NCBI RefSeq assembly: GCF_006345805.1 | Contig: NC_043003.1 | Location: 32,364,001-32,428,000, forward strand | DNA length: 64,000 nucleotides | DNA from: Octopus sinensis | Taxonomy: Eukaryota | Direction of reading: 5' to 3' | Shown here: positions 38,901-51,699 of the stretch, one piece after another | How positions within the stretch are numbered: the first letter of the stretch is position 1 | How the letters are laid out: each line of letters begins with the position of its first letter | Position numbers and translations under genes: made by a program | The notes under the pieces: generated by a model | What the model saw: only the letters and a program-made list of their open reading frames with translations | Databases searched by the model: none | What the model was told of the DNA's origin: nothing

Positions 38901-41770
38901 TGGCACCATCATTAATAATAGATGGTGGCTCACCCTAAAAAAAGTCATCCGTTAGGAGTCCATTAGATTTAGCAAGCAGCTAAGTTTAGATAGGACCAGA
39001 ATAGGGGGCGAATTAGTTAAGAACTTAGACGAGACAATGGAATCTGGCTGTACATCTGGAGTGTTGGCAGCGAGAACGGTCTTGTACCGTCACCTCAACG
39101 CCAAGCATGAGGGGTGTAGAGTCAGAGCTAAGCTACGTGCAGGGAAACGAGAAGGTATTAATGTTGCCGGATGGGCCCGTCGTGAGGAGAGTCAGAAGTG
39201 TAAAATGTCCTCTATTAAGTCTTTAACTGACGAGCAGGGTCGCAAGATCTATGGACAGGAGGAGATGAAGAAGGTCTTTCACCAGCATTTCGCTCGGTTG
39301 TTCGGTGAGAGTGGTCCGCTTGAGCGGGGGGTGTTCTTAAAGGACTTCCTAGCCGGTGGGAGGCAGAATGCTGTGAAAGATCGATCTCTCCCGCGGAGGT
39401 AAGAGAGGTTTTGGCCGGGTGCGCCGGGGAAAAGTCGCCGGGGTTTGATGGTCTGCCCTATGAGTTCTATTGTTGTATGCCGGACTTGTTCGGCGGGCGT
39501 CTATGCAAACTGGCAACAGAATGGGAGGATTCCCAGTTTTGTGAGCCGGGGAGTTGTGACGCTGGTCCAGAAAGACCCGAGCAAGGGGGATAGTATTAGT
39601 AATTATAGGCCCATAACTCTACTTAATGTAGAGTTTAAGATTTTGGCCAAGGTGTTAGCAAAAAGGTTGACGGTTGTCGTGGAGAGACTTGTCGGGAAGG
39701 CACAGACATGTGCAATCCCAGGCAGGTCGATCCAGGATAATCTTCACCGTCTCCGCTACGCTATAGACAGGGTCGGGAAATTAGCCGGTAAAGGAGGGGC
39801 ATTGGTAAATTTAGACCAAAGTAAAGCGTTCGATAGGGTAGACCATCGGTACTTGGCGGCGGTCTTCGATGCGGCTGGGCTGGGCCCTGGCTTTTGCGGG
39901 TGGATCTCAGCTATGTACAGCGGCATCAAGTCCACAGTCCAGATAAACGGTTACCTAACGGAGCCGTTTTCGATCAAGCGTTCAGTTCGTCATGGGTGTC
40001 CCTTGTCCCCGCTCCTGTACGTTTTAGCTCTTGAGCCATTGCTGCGGAATTTGGAGAAGTTGGGAGGCAACCCTAATGAAATCAGATGCGGTAAGTCTGT
40101 TTCTGCCTATGCGGATGACGTCACCCTCATCGTGTCCAACGAAGCACAGCTACCTCGTGTAGAAGGTGCTCTCAGAAGATACGAAGCGCTGGCAGGGGCA
40201 AAAGTTAACAAGGACAAGTCTACCGGTTTGCACCTCGGCACCTGGAGGAACAACCCGATATCGTCCAGTGTTGTTGGACACTGGACAGATGGTCCTGTTA
40301 AATTGCTCGGAGTTTGGTTTGGTTCAGACTCTGAGACGGAGAAGAATTGGAGCGAGGTAGCGAACAAGGTGGACGCTATAGTACGGAAGTGGTCCGGAAG
40401 GCATCTTTCCTTGAAAGGGAGGGCGGAGGTGGTACAGGTGTTTATAGTTTCTGTCATCACCTACCGCCTGACCGTCGTGCCTTGCCCCGATTCGTGGTTA
40501 AGCAAGTTGGCACGACTCCTTTTCCGCTTTTTGTGGAGGAGAGGAAAGCCACTTGTGAGACGCTCCGTGTGTTGCCAGAAACCGCTAAAGGGTGGGTTAG
40601 GAATGCCTTGGCTAATGATGCGCAGGCATGCGTTGAGGCTGAGACATCTCTGGTGTCACCTGGGGGGTGATAGAGTGCGGAATCCACTGGCAGAGGAATT
40701 CTTCCCGCGACCGGCCTCTATGGAGAGATTTAAACCCGGTTTCATTAAAAGACATAACCTGACTTTAGGGCAGAAGGAGTGCCGACAGGCACTCTGACTG
40801 ATCCACAAGGTGGGCAAGGCCGTCAGCGGGAATACCACCTCGGTGTTCTATAGAGGGCTGGTAGAGGCAAAAAATGACGACGTCCTAGGAGGGGCTCTGG
40901 GGTTCGACGAGAATCAACACTCCAACCTGTTTAAGAAGACTTTCAGGCCGGGTTATTTGGACAATTAGCAAAAATCCCTGACCTGGTAGCGCTATAGGAA
41001 TGCATTACCTGTTCGCGATAAGTTATCCAGGCACGGAATGTCAGTGCCACTGACGTGTCCAAGATGTGGGTTGGACAGTGAAACTGTTCAACACGCTTTT
41101 GTACAATGTCGGGAGCTGTCAAGCTTGATAAGTTACGTTGAACACGTGTTGTCGCATCTGGGACGAGTACAACTGTCTATGACTAAGATGATACCGCCAA
41201 CTGGACTCTCAAAGGAAGGTGAGGCTTGTTTTTACTGTACGGTGGCAGTACTGAAAGTGTGTGTATGGAGAACCAGAATGGAAGGTTTTGTGACAGGGTC
41301 CTTTCTCTCTTGCCCCGGTTTGTTAAACTACTTCAGATATCATCTGAAGAGCAAGAAGGGGTTGGAGAAAAGGAACCTGCCACAGAAAGAGTATGTGAAA
41401 CGTTGCAAGGATGTGATGAGAAAGGTGGGTGTTAGTAACCCAGCTTAATCATCAAAGAAAAGAAAAATGAGTTACTGGGCCTTATAAGCTGCCGGGTTCA
41501 AAATTCGGAACCTGCACTTCTCCCCCTTTTCGTTTTAACATATGTTATGTTTTCTAATTTTATTTTTAAAAAAACGCACTGAAGTTCTCATTATAAAGGC
41601 AAAAGTAAGCCAATGATTCGTTTAAAGGTAAAAGTAAGCCAAGTTTTCGTTTATGCCATGTTACAACTAAATTTTTAAGTCTCATTCGAACTCTCATAAC
41701 ATTCTTTGTATTTGTTTGTCTTGTTATGTCCAAATCTATGTAAGATCGTATGATTATAATAAAGATTTTA
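38899..41770 (+). mobile_element. 5'-truncated Tx1/L1-clade non-LTR retrotransposon; ORF2 pseudogene (RT plus C-terminal zinc knuckle) and 3' UTR
   Basis: KSPGFDGLPYEFY, NYRPITLLNVEFKILAKVLAKRL, LDQSKAFDRVDH, GCPLSPLLY, SAYADDV, KSLTW..RNALPVRDKL, CPRC..ETVQHAFVQC; no endonuclease domain; frameshifts near 39.4 kb and in-frame stops at about 38952, 40795, 40966 and 40987; AATAAA near 41758. Confidence 0.92.
39445..40797 (+). pseudogene. Reverse transcriptase domain of the Tx1-like element (longest open segment, 450 aa)
   Basis: ORF track; RT motifs including YADD. Confidence 0.9.
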
Positions 41771-42180
41771 TCGCATATCTCTATTAGTCGGTTGACTATG
41801 ACTTTCTAGTTTCTCTTGCTGGGGAGCTCATGTGACTCCCCCTATATATAGCCAAAAATCAGACTTTTCGTTTTAAATGCATCCGTATATGTTACTTAAT
41901 GCATTCTTCAGTTATTGGACTGTGGCCATACCAGAGCATCGACTTGAAAGCTTTAGCCTTGCTATAGGCAAACTGTAACCGGAGGAATTTTTATCGCATG
42001 CTTGCCTACCTTGAAATTCTGTGTTAGCGATGTGCCCTACCTCATGGGGTCCACTCCTATTGAATCCTACTCTAATTGAACAAATCCACCGCATTTCTTG
42101 TAAGCCTGTTCCTTATTCTATCAATTCGCTTATACTGATCAGCTAACTATATTACGGGGACACTATCACTTGGTCTCTCG

Positions 42181-42263
<83 letters not shown>

Positions 42264-42688
42264 TATCCAATAGTGCATTGAGTTGTTGGTGCGTTGCCAT
42301 CCTTTAGCATCAACTTAAATGTTATATTCTTGCATTGGGCAAACGTAACCGGCGGACCTTTTTAAATTGTTCTGCCTACCTTGAAATTCATTTTTGGTTG
42401 TGCACTCAGCCTCAAATATTTTTTTCTTTTTTCTACGCACATGTTTCGCAAACAACACAAAATTCTGTATGTATAAAAACCCCAAGTAATCTAACTTTAA
42501 ACCATTTTGTGATAAATCTGATAACGGAAGAAAGGGCTAAAAATGTTAATGAAATATAAATAGATAAAAAAAAATATATATATATAATCATCCAACATTC
42601 TGACTACCTTATTATTCTAAGTATACAATATCTGTACATCACTCCAAACTCTCGCTTTCTCTTTCTTTCTCTCTCTCTCTCTCTCTCT

Positions 42689-42724
<36 letters not shown>

Positions 42725-42728
<4 letters not shown>

Positions 42729-43603
42729 CTGAGGGCTTCGAATGTCCCGTCCTGTGGTTCTTGTGTCGTCTCTGTGGTGTTTCATGTTCTTGTCCATGTC
42801 TGTAATTATTTTTACTGTTTACCTATATAATCGGCGGCTACGTATCCACAATTGTCCTTATACGATAAGTATATTTTTTCTCTAGCATTGATACGACTCT
42901 TAATCTGTCTCTTTCTCTCTCTCTCTCCTCCCTTATTCCCCTTCCTTTCTTTCCCTCTCCATCCGTCTTCCCCCCCCTTCTACGTTTCTCTATCTCTCTC
43001 ACCTCCAGCCCCCTCGATCTGTCTCTTTCTTCTCCTCCCTCGTCCACCTTCTCTCTCTTTTCATCTGTCCCTTTCTCTTGTCTTTTGTTCTCACGTGACC
43101 GCTAGCCGCTGTTGAGCGCTCTTTTCGTTTCAGCAGTCGCAGAAGCAACACGTATTTGTTCGTCTCCCCGCGGCCATTAGGCACAACTTCACAAGCCAGC
43201 CCCATACTCAACTCGTCATGTCGAAAGACCCTTGTCCTACGTCCTGGTTTTGTTTTGTTGTTTATTTTTAATTTTTACCGTTATTGTTTTTACGTTTTTG
43301 TATTCTTATTGGTGTCACGTATTCTGTATTTTTGTTCGTGTACTTCGTTCGTTTTCCGTCCTCGTGTTGTATACATTCGAAGCTTTCTTCCAGGGGATCT
43401 AATGCGCTTGGCTTAGATTTCCCTTGGCGGGCTGGCCATATCGGAGCAATCTCAAGATTAATCAGCCGAAATTGCTAAGATGATCTGGTTCTTGACTGAT
43501 GACTGAGGGCTTCGAATGTCCCGTCCTGTGGTTCTTGTGTCGTCTCTGTGGTGTTTCATGTTCTTGTCCATGTCTGTAATTATTTTTACTGTTTACCTAT
43601 ATA
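42725..43603 (+). mobile_element. Non-autonomous PLE-like element with 105-bp terminal direct repeats, flanked by (AT)n
   Basis: 42725-42829 matches 43499-43603 (no differences seen by eye); pyrimidine-rich interior; HHR-like motif at 43445-43511. Confidence 0.65.
43445..43511 (+). ncRNA. Candidate non-circularly permuted hammerhead ribozyme
   Basis: AGCAAT-C-TCAAGA ... TCAGCC-GAA-ATTGCT ... TCTTGA-CTGATGA: perfect 6-bp stems I and III in exact register with the core; stem II register ambiguous. Confidence 0.6.
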
Positions 43604-43835
43604 TATATATAATATATATATATATACGTATATATAAATACACAGTATATACATGTGCGTGTATTTACATATTCACACACATGCACACACATATACACAC
43701 ACGCACGCACACATACTCAGATACACATAAAACTTACCTATTAGTAAATAGTTAAAATTTATAGAAAAACATAAGACATTAATATATATATATATATGTA
43801 TATATATATAATATATATATATATATTATATATAT

Positions 43836-43874
<39 letters not shown>

Positions 43875-44331
43875 ATGTATATATATATATACATTGCCAC
43901 GTGCACATATATCAAATCGCAAAATTGTGATAATTTTGTTGGGAAACAAATATCGTCTGCTTTCTTGTTGCATCTGAAATAAATAAATATATATTTATGA
44001 CTCGTATATCTTTTCATAAAATATTTAGCAAAATCTTCCACGTTGCTGCATATTTCTAAATGATAATTGTTTGATATGTATAGTAAGAAAATAATCTATG
44101 ACGTATGTTTTAAAAGATTTGAATTGAAATTTAATATATTGTGATAAAGTAAGTACTAAATCATCCAACGTGTTTAAATTCATGCTATAGAGCCAACATT
44201 TTTGCCTGTATAGCAATCCCACATAGCTCCTAGTCAGTTGGGTATGACTTTATAGTTTCTCTTGAAGAGAAATTCCTGTAGTTTCCTATGATCTAAAGTA
44301 AAAAAAAGACATAGACATTTTATCTTTTTTA

Positions 44332-44752
44332 TGTTTGGTTTATTTCAGTTATTAGACTGCTACCATATTGGAGTAACGCTCTGAAGTCAAGCAAATCGAC
44401 GCCATTTTGAAATCTGGTTACTAACTTTATAGGTTCGCTTTTACGGAACAGTTGAAATGGGGAGTGATTGGTGAAGCAAACACAAACGTGCCACGCTCAC
44501 ACATACACACACACACACGCACACCCACACACACATATATATATGGGGGAGGGGCTGCTTGTGTTTACTTCTTCACCCACCCCAACTTCGACAATTGTAG
44601 TTGGTCTCTTTACATCGTCATTCAGCTGTTCCGTGAAAACAAACCTATAGAGTTGACTACAAGATTTTAAAATGGCGCCAATTCCCTCGAATAAAGACTT
44701 CAGAACGTTGCTCCAGTATGTCAGCAGTCCAATAACTGAAATAAACCAAATA
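44332..44752. repeat. Diverged inverted repeat made of two SINE family 1-like 3' halves
   Basis: 44332-44485 is approximately the reverse complement of 44555-44752. Confidence 0.6.
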
Positions 44753-45314
44753 CACATAATCTCGACTCCATCCATGATAAATTTGGATAGACAGAAACTG
44801 TAGAGAAGCTGATCAGATGGATTGTAGCTGTACTTCTTATCATAATGTGTTGTGCGGGTTCAAGCTGAAAATGCGTTACGGCGATGAGTACATATGCCAA
44901 GGAATACTCAATTACTTCTCATTACCTATTAATTCAATTAATAGGTTGTTAAGTTTTGCCGAACAACTGGTCTCCCATCGACGGGTAATTACATGACGCA
45001 CACACAAAAGCTTATATACGTATATTGTTTCCTTCCACAGATAACTCATTTAAACTTTTTCCTTTGTATAAAAGAATAAAGATTAACATTTTGTTGCAAG
45101 AGTTGAAAAGTTCGCCTGAAGCACAAAATTTCAAATTATGAGGTTACATTAAACATAACGTCAATTTTACATCTGCACAAATTTTACATCTGCTTGTGAA
45201 CCGCATTTACCACCTTCTACAATACTTAGCCCCACATGTAATCTGAGATTAATAAAACTCATATTTAATGCATATAATCTATTTCAGCTGTCCATAATAC
45301 ATTTTATATTCAAA

Positions 45315-45544
45315 GGCGGCAAGCTGGCAGAAACGTTAGCACGCCGGGCGAAATGCGCAGCCGTATTTCGTCTGCCGCTACGTTCTGAGTTCAAATTCCG
45401 CCGAGGTCGAATTTGCCTTTCATCCTTTCGGGGTCGATTAAATAAGTACCAGTAAATCACTGAGGTCGATATAATCGACTTAATCCCCTTGTCTGTCCTT
45501 GTTTGTCCCCTCTATGTTTAACCCCCTGTGGGCAATAAAAAATA
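45315..45544 (+). mobile_element. tRNA-derived SINE (family 2) with a 19-bp target-site duplication
   Basis: GGCGGCAAGCTGGCAGAAACGTTAGC...GAGTTCAAATTCC head; AATACATTTTATATTCAAA at 45296-45314 and 45545-45563. Confidence 0.9.
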
Positions 45545-46621
45545 AATACATTTTATATTCAAATTATGCTTTGAAGCACAATGTTTGCGCTCATGTAATC
45601 CTCACTGCTTTATACACATTTTATGATATACATATATAATATTTCAATTCTAGTCCAAAATCACACCTCGATAAATTACCTTCACCTGATACTGGTGACC
45701 CTCAACACCCCTGGTTTTCTTTGAGGATAACAGATCATATGAATTAGACCAAAATAGCTGTCACTCCTAAACTCACGGCTTCTAGGAAAATCTGCTATTT
45801 TGGGGCTGCTCACCTTTGTCAGTGGGATGGATTTTGTTTACGCCATAATGCGGTATATAAACACTACGTTCCCATCAAGATAGAGTCTACATTGGTGCAC
45901 TGTTGATTTCAAGTGCCACTGCTGATGTCTCATTTCATTTTCAAACCGAGCCTCTTGACTCTCTATCTCCCTAGCTACATACATACACAGCCTCACGCCC
46001 CGAAATACTCCCTATAACTGAACCTGGGTATTTTCTGCAAGGATTTCCCATACAGTACTAACCACTATTCATGTTAAGTGTTTTCAAGTGAGGCACTCGC
46101 TATCCATCGCCATCATAACTCCCCGTTTCTCAATAAGTACTTTGATATTCTCTAATCATGCAGGCGCAAATATGTGAAACTTTCACTAGAAATTCTGTTG
46201 GGGTGGAGTCTGGTTTTTGTTAAATTCTACGTTACTTTTTAACAAGTTTGTGAATCAGAGTTGTATACACCGGTTAGTATCATCAACACTTAGAATCCAA
46301 ACACTTAGAATGTTTCCTAAAGTAGCTCACATCAGCTGTTTTATTTTAAATCCGTCAGTTTCAAGTGAAATAACTCTCGTACAAAAATATATAGCAACCA
46401 GCTAAGTAGACACTCTACCGGTTTAGACACTCTACGAGAGAACAGCGGCCCAGAATCCTTTAAATGAAAAGATAGAGTGCATTAAATAATATAAAATATT
46501 AGACATAAAAATTGATTGGATAGTGACGTTTTGAAATGATTTATCATAGTCTGCTTGACGAGGCAAAAAAAATGGAGTAAAAGATCAACATCAGCAATGA
46601 TAAAAAAAATGCATTTCTCAG

Positions 46622-46840
46622 TTCGAAACTGCTAGGACGGTGAATCATTCTTCTAGAAAAGATACTTTACATCTATCACTCGGAGACAAATCTGTAACCC
46701 TAAGCCCAGAATGGCTCACGAATTTCTGTGCTGGATACTGTGAAGGATACTGCATACAATACATGGACAAACCGTACCCTATTTATTATCAATTGCACAA
46801 CATTTACCTACTCCAGCAACGTCTTCAAGAAAACCACGTG
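46622..46840 (+). CDS. Candidate internal exon encoding a cysteine-containing peptide of unknown identity
   Basis: Open frame between TTTCTCAG| and |GTGAGT (219 nt, phase 0/0); contains NFCAGYCEGYC. Confidence 0.25.
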
Positions 46841-49800
46841 GTGAGTAAACGATGCTTCATGTTTTTCAGTCTGCATGTTATCATGTCTTTAATATTACAT
46901 TCTCTGTTCACTCTTTTTGCAAACTCAGAACTGCACACCGTCTAATCTTTCATTCTAGAATTACACCTCTTTGATATTCTATAAACCAAGATTTCCTGTA
47001 GATGTGGGCATAGAATTTCATATGCTGAACATCTACTACTTCAGTCTATCAGTCTGAAATATGCACGTACGCTTTCCCTCCATCTGTGATTAATTTACGA
47101 AAAATAAAAATAAACAAGGAGACCTTTCTCTAGAAGGTTGCTACGATGTTGTTGAACAATGGCATTTTATTTTTGTTTTTATTTGACATTTCAACATATT
47201 TCTTTTTATAGGCGTTCCTCGTGTATTTCAAGAAAGTAGACGACTCTATTTCTAACTGTAGAGGAATCATTTTCACATTACAGCCTACCAGGTATAAGAG
47301 AGTTTATTTTGATATTATTTTACGAAAACTTATAGTTACTATTTTTGAATTTATCGTTCTATTGTACATTATAATTTTCAGAGTACCAACAAAAGAAAAC
47401 CGCCTCGCATTCATTTTGTTATTGAAGCAGTAAAAGAAAAAGTTCTAAGATTAAATTCTTCTTGGTATCTAATACGAGATCAGAATGATTTTAGTTTAAA
47501 TTACGCCAAGATTCATTTGCATTTCGATGAAATAAACACAGCATCGTGTCCTATGCCATCGCTTATTCGCTCTCAACTAAAACTCTTTTGTGCTAATGCA
47601 AAAAAGAACAAAATTTGTCTTTGTATTTTTTTTTGTTTATCTTTTACTTCATAATTCAATCGACATGTTCGAAATAAAGATTACAAGAAGGTTTCTGATG
47701 CATTTTTCATTAGTTTATTCATGAAACACCTAATTTATTTTCTTTTTTCTTCCAGTGATAAAATTAATTATTAATTATTCACAGAATAACAAACACAGCT
47801 TCAGTGAGCGCTCATTGTTGAAAATAGAAATGTCTCATTGCTTAAATACGCCAAGTAACTACGAACATTTTTGATGGCTCATGGATGCCTTTTATATTTT
47901 GTACGTTTTGTAAATATCAGAATTTTATATGATGCAGAGCATAAACGTAATTGTTTTCTGTTTCCGGCGAAATATCATTTTGTTATGGAGACTAGTAATA
48001 TACATTATATTTTCCCATTGATGCGCTATTCTAAAAATTGTAACAGAAATGAAAATTCCGCTCTCATTGGTCTTGCTATTTTTAAAGTTTTATTAAAATA
48101 AATCTCTACTAGAGAGATATGCTTATTTTGGATTAGCCAGATTGATAATGATGTAAATTATATTAAAAAGTATAAACACACTATGAATACTTACAGGATT
48201 CTGTTACATTTTCAGCTCTAAGGATATTTTTGATAATATTTGCAATATAATGATATATTTTATCATATCAGTTCGAGAAATATTTGTATACCAGAACGGT
48301 TTATGTAACTCGCAGGTAAACAAGTTTGTTAAATATTCATTGGTCCTATGGCCAGTGAAGAATCATATTTATCGGTAAATAAAGGCAAATTAATATTACA
48401 CAGTCAACATAAATGTGAAAGGTATTATAACAAAAGGTCAGTAACAAATATTTCCAAAAATTATCTTTAGTTTCATAAACAAAAGTATAGTACAGTGACA
48501 CTAGTGCTAACATGAATTGATATGGGTTAAATTCTTTAAAAATCTATATATAACATAAAATATTAGAACTGTAAATATTTGTGAATGAGGTAAGCTTTCT
48601 CAAAACGTAAATCACGTATAAGTCAATTCAATTTAAATCCATAAATAAAAATGCGTAGATAAAAGCTTGAAAATGTTTCGGGAAACATTGAAAACCCGAT
48701 ATGTCTTTAATGTGATATTGTCCTTTCTGTTTCATAGTACGGAATGCATTGTCAGTTGTAGTTAGTAGATATTATACTAGTTTATATTTTTAACATTCAA
48801 AATCCGTAAAACTAGATTTTGCAAATACCTTATCGATATATTATCTCTTTGTGTGGATGCTGCTCAGGCCAACTTCCGAAGTGAAAATGATGGCGAAGCT
48901 GAACTTCATATGTAGAGCTAAATCAATCCAAGAGCTAGAGTGAATAAAGGAGCAATAATATAAATCAAGATTATTGCACCTATTTATTACACCTAGATTG
49001 TATATTCGATCAGCATTAAATATCAATGTAAACGTCGATAGAAGAGAGATGTTGAATCTGGGAAAAATATAAATAAATCGTATAATTTGAAAGGTAAAAG
49101 CATGCTGCGAATGATACATTTTTTGCAGTGCACTCTATGAAGGGATTTTGCGAAGTTGTATATTTTCAGGATCCATATTCTGTATTACTTGAATGTGGAG
49201 GAGAAAATGTTTCAGAGCAGTATATTAACGATGATAAGAAGCTGAAAAAATATCATGACACTTGAATTATTGCACCTCGCTCCTGCCCCAAAAGAAAATC
49301 TTATCAAACGATACACAAACAAGAAAAAAAATGACATTTGAAAGACTAATTTCGAAATAGAAGAGATAGTACAAGAAGTATAAGGAGATTCAAGTATTTG
49401 AAATCTGCATCACTGATAAAATCTGTGGAGAGGAATTCTGCTCGATATTATACGATCAAAGTAGAGCAAACGGGGAAGCTTTGTTAGGTGATATGAATAT
49501 AAAAGTCTAATAACATGCAGAACGTTAATGATTGATGACGAGGAAATTGATTTTATGAATTGGTTCGAGAGGATATGATTGCCAATTTTCCCCGTTGGTA
49601 TTTAGAGAATGATGAAATAGAGAACATTTTATTCAACAATATGACGAATCAGAAACTGGGAGAAGCAGTAGATGACGTATTTAGGATTTCAACGAATAAG
49701 AACTTTTATATGCATTGAAGTATTGATCTAGTTGGAGATCGTCACTTATGGCTGCAATAGAACCGCGTTTTCTAAGAACCATTCCATGGAACAGGTTACA

Positions 49801-51407
49801 TAATGTATTGTTACTTATCTAAAATACGTGATTCCGTTTCATAATGGATCGTCCTTCGGACCTCGTGATTCATGTATATTACCATCACGTGTCATAACAT
49901 ACATAAGATATACAGGTGTGGCAGTTAATCATAAGGTTTTAGATAATTGTAGAGAAAGAAAAAATGATATTTATCTTGTGCAATAGCCATTGAGTAGTCA
50001 TTCTCCAGGCCTATTTCCAACGCAGATTTCTCGGTGTTTAAATGGTGTACAACTTCATTCACTTCGACACAGGTCACACGACCGGCTGGAATTAATAGCC
50101 ATACAAAACTAGCGTTGTAGTAAGAAAGCAGGAACTGTCGAATAACCTGGTCTCAGACGTAAATGCGATAATGTAAATTTCACCCAACTCTAACACAAGC
50201 CATATTCTATTCTTTTAAAAAGAAAAACATGAAGGATTGTGTAGATTTAGATATCTTATATCTCAATAAAAGGCAGAAACATCACACGCGAAAAGCTTAA
50301 GATTATAGCTTTACTCGATTAGAAGATATCGTGAGCTGAATTACTGAAACGTGAGCTTTCGAATTACTTTCTTAAAAGTTCACAACAAACTTCAACAATG
50401 AATTTTGTTTATTTATTTTTGCTATATAGACTCGTGTGTTCAACATTAAACCGTAAACCGCTTAAAAAGCTGTGACAGATATCAAGCTATTTACATGAGA
50501 CTTCACCTCGCATATAGTATGTTATTCCTCTTTCCCGCCTTTGTAGAAATAATATAAAATTGATTTACAACATTGTATTATGTTACTGTGCCGCTCACAC
50601 AGTGACATACATACAGAATAAACAAAAATACAAAAATTAAATATAAAAATGCGTCACTTTTAGTAAGCATGTAGATAAATCTGTTTCTCTATAAATAAGT
50701 TTGGGCTTTTCATATGCGCATTATGTTTGAATTGTGCTCTATCAGCTACTTGGCTACGACAGAACGGCCAATTAGTAGGCACGCAAGACATGCATTCACA
50801 AACAGAGATACTAACAAGGCTACACATACACACCCAAACACAATCATACACACAGGAATATGCGTATATATAAATGCGTGTGTGTGTGTGTGTATTTATA
50901 TATTTATATTGTTTCTCTCAAGTTCCAGTCCGAGAACTGTGGTCATGCTGGGGAAGCGCCATTTGAATATATATATATATGAATAAATAAATGAATGGAG
51001 TTGAACGAAGATGTTAACGAAATTCCTTTTCTCTCGACATATGTTTCGAAGACATGGTTTCATTCCAAAGGAATAAATGGTGCAAGATGCAATCTTCTCA
51101 GTTTGTTTCTGCCAGTTTTTACTCATATAAATGATTACGATAGTTATTGTGGTTTGAACAATTAGCTTAACGTGCACTCCACTTCACTAGCGAATGTCTT
51201 TCCTAAGCCTTTGAACATTCTTTTAATCAACGTACCCTTCCCTCTCCACTTGTTCCCTACCTATTATTCCTTTAACCCTTCTCTTCCTACTATCTAACTT
51301 TGACGTCAATTCTACTAACGGTTTTTTTAAACCACTTATCGTTTTGTTTACCATGTAGGCAGTCATCGCAATTTTTGTTTGTCTTGTTATTGAGAGAGGC
51401 TTCCTTC

Positions 51408-51489
51408 CTTTCCTGATGAGAAGATTGCATCTTGCACCATTTATTCCTTTAGAATGAAACCATGTTGTATTCGAAACATATGTTGAGAG
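51408..51489 (+). ncRNA. Type I hammerhead ribozyme motif in a PLE-like repeat
   Basis: CTTTC-CTGATGA-GAA...TTC-GAA-ACATATGT-T-GAGAG. Confidence 0.6.
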
Positions 51490-51699
51490 TAAAGGAATTT
51501 TGTTAACATCTTTTGTTAACATATTCATATATAACACACAAATTTCTGCACATGAACCCGGAGTTTCTGCCCTTGGACAGGGCGCTTCAGCCGTGTTTCT
51601 GACGTGAATTTGCTACCCTGGTATCGGTTCATCGAATTTTCCATGTTGACAGTAAACATAGGATAATTCATTCACCTATCGAAATATATATATCTTCGG

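Noticed and set aside
41755-41800. U2 snRNA target site at the Tx1 3' end, as for Keno or Utopia elements
   Set aside because: The flank ATCGCATATCTC matches neither the U2 5' end nor the known TCTGTTCTTATCAG site.
49100-49800. Purine-rich, coding-like stretch, possibly a pogo/Tigger C-terminus
   Set aside because: Many stops and no diagnostic motif.
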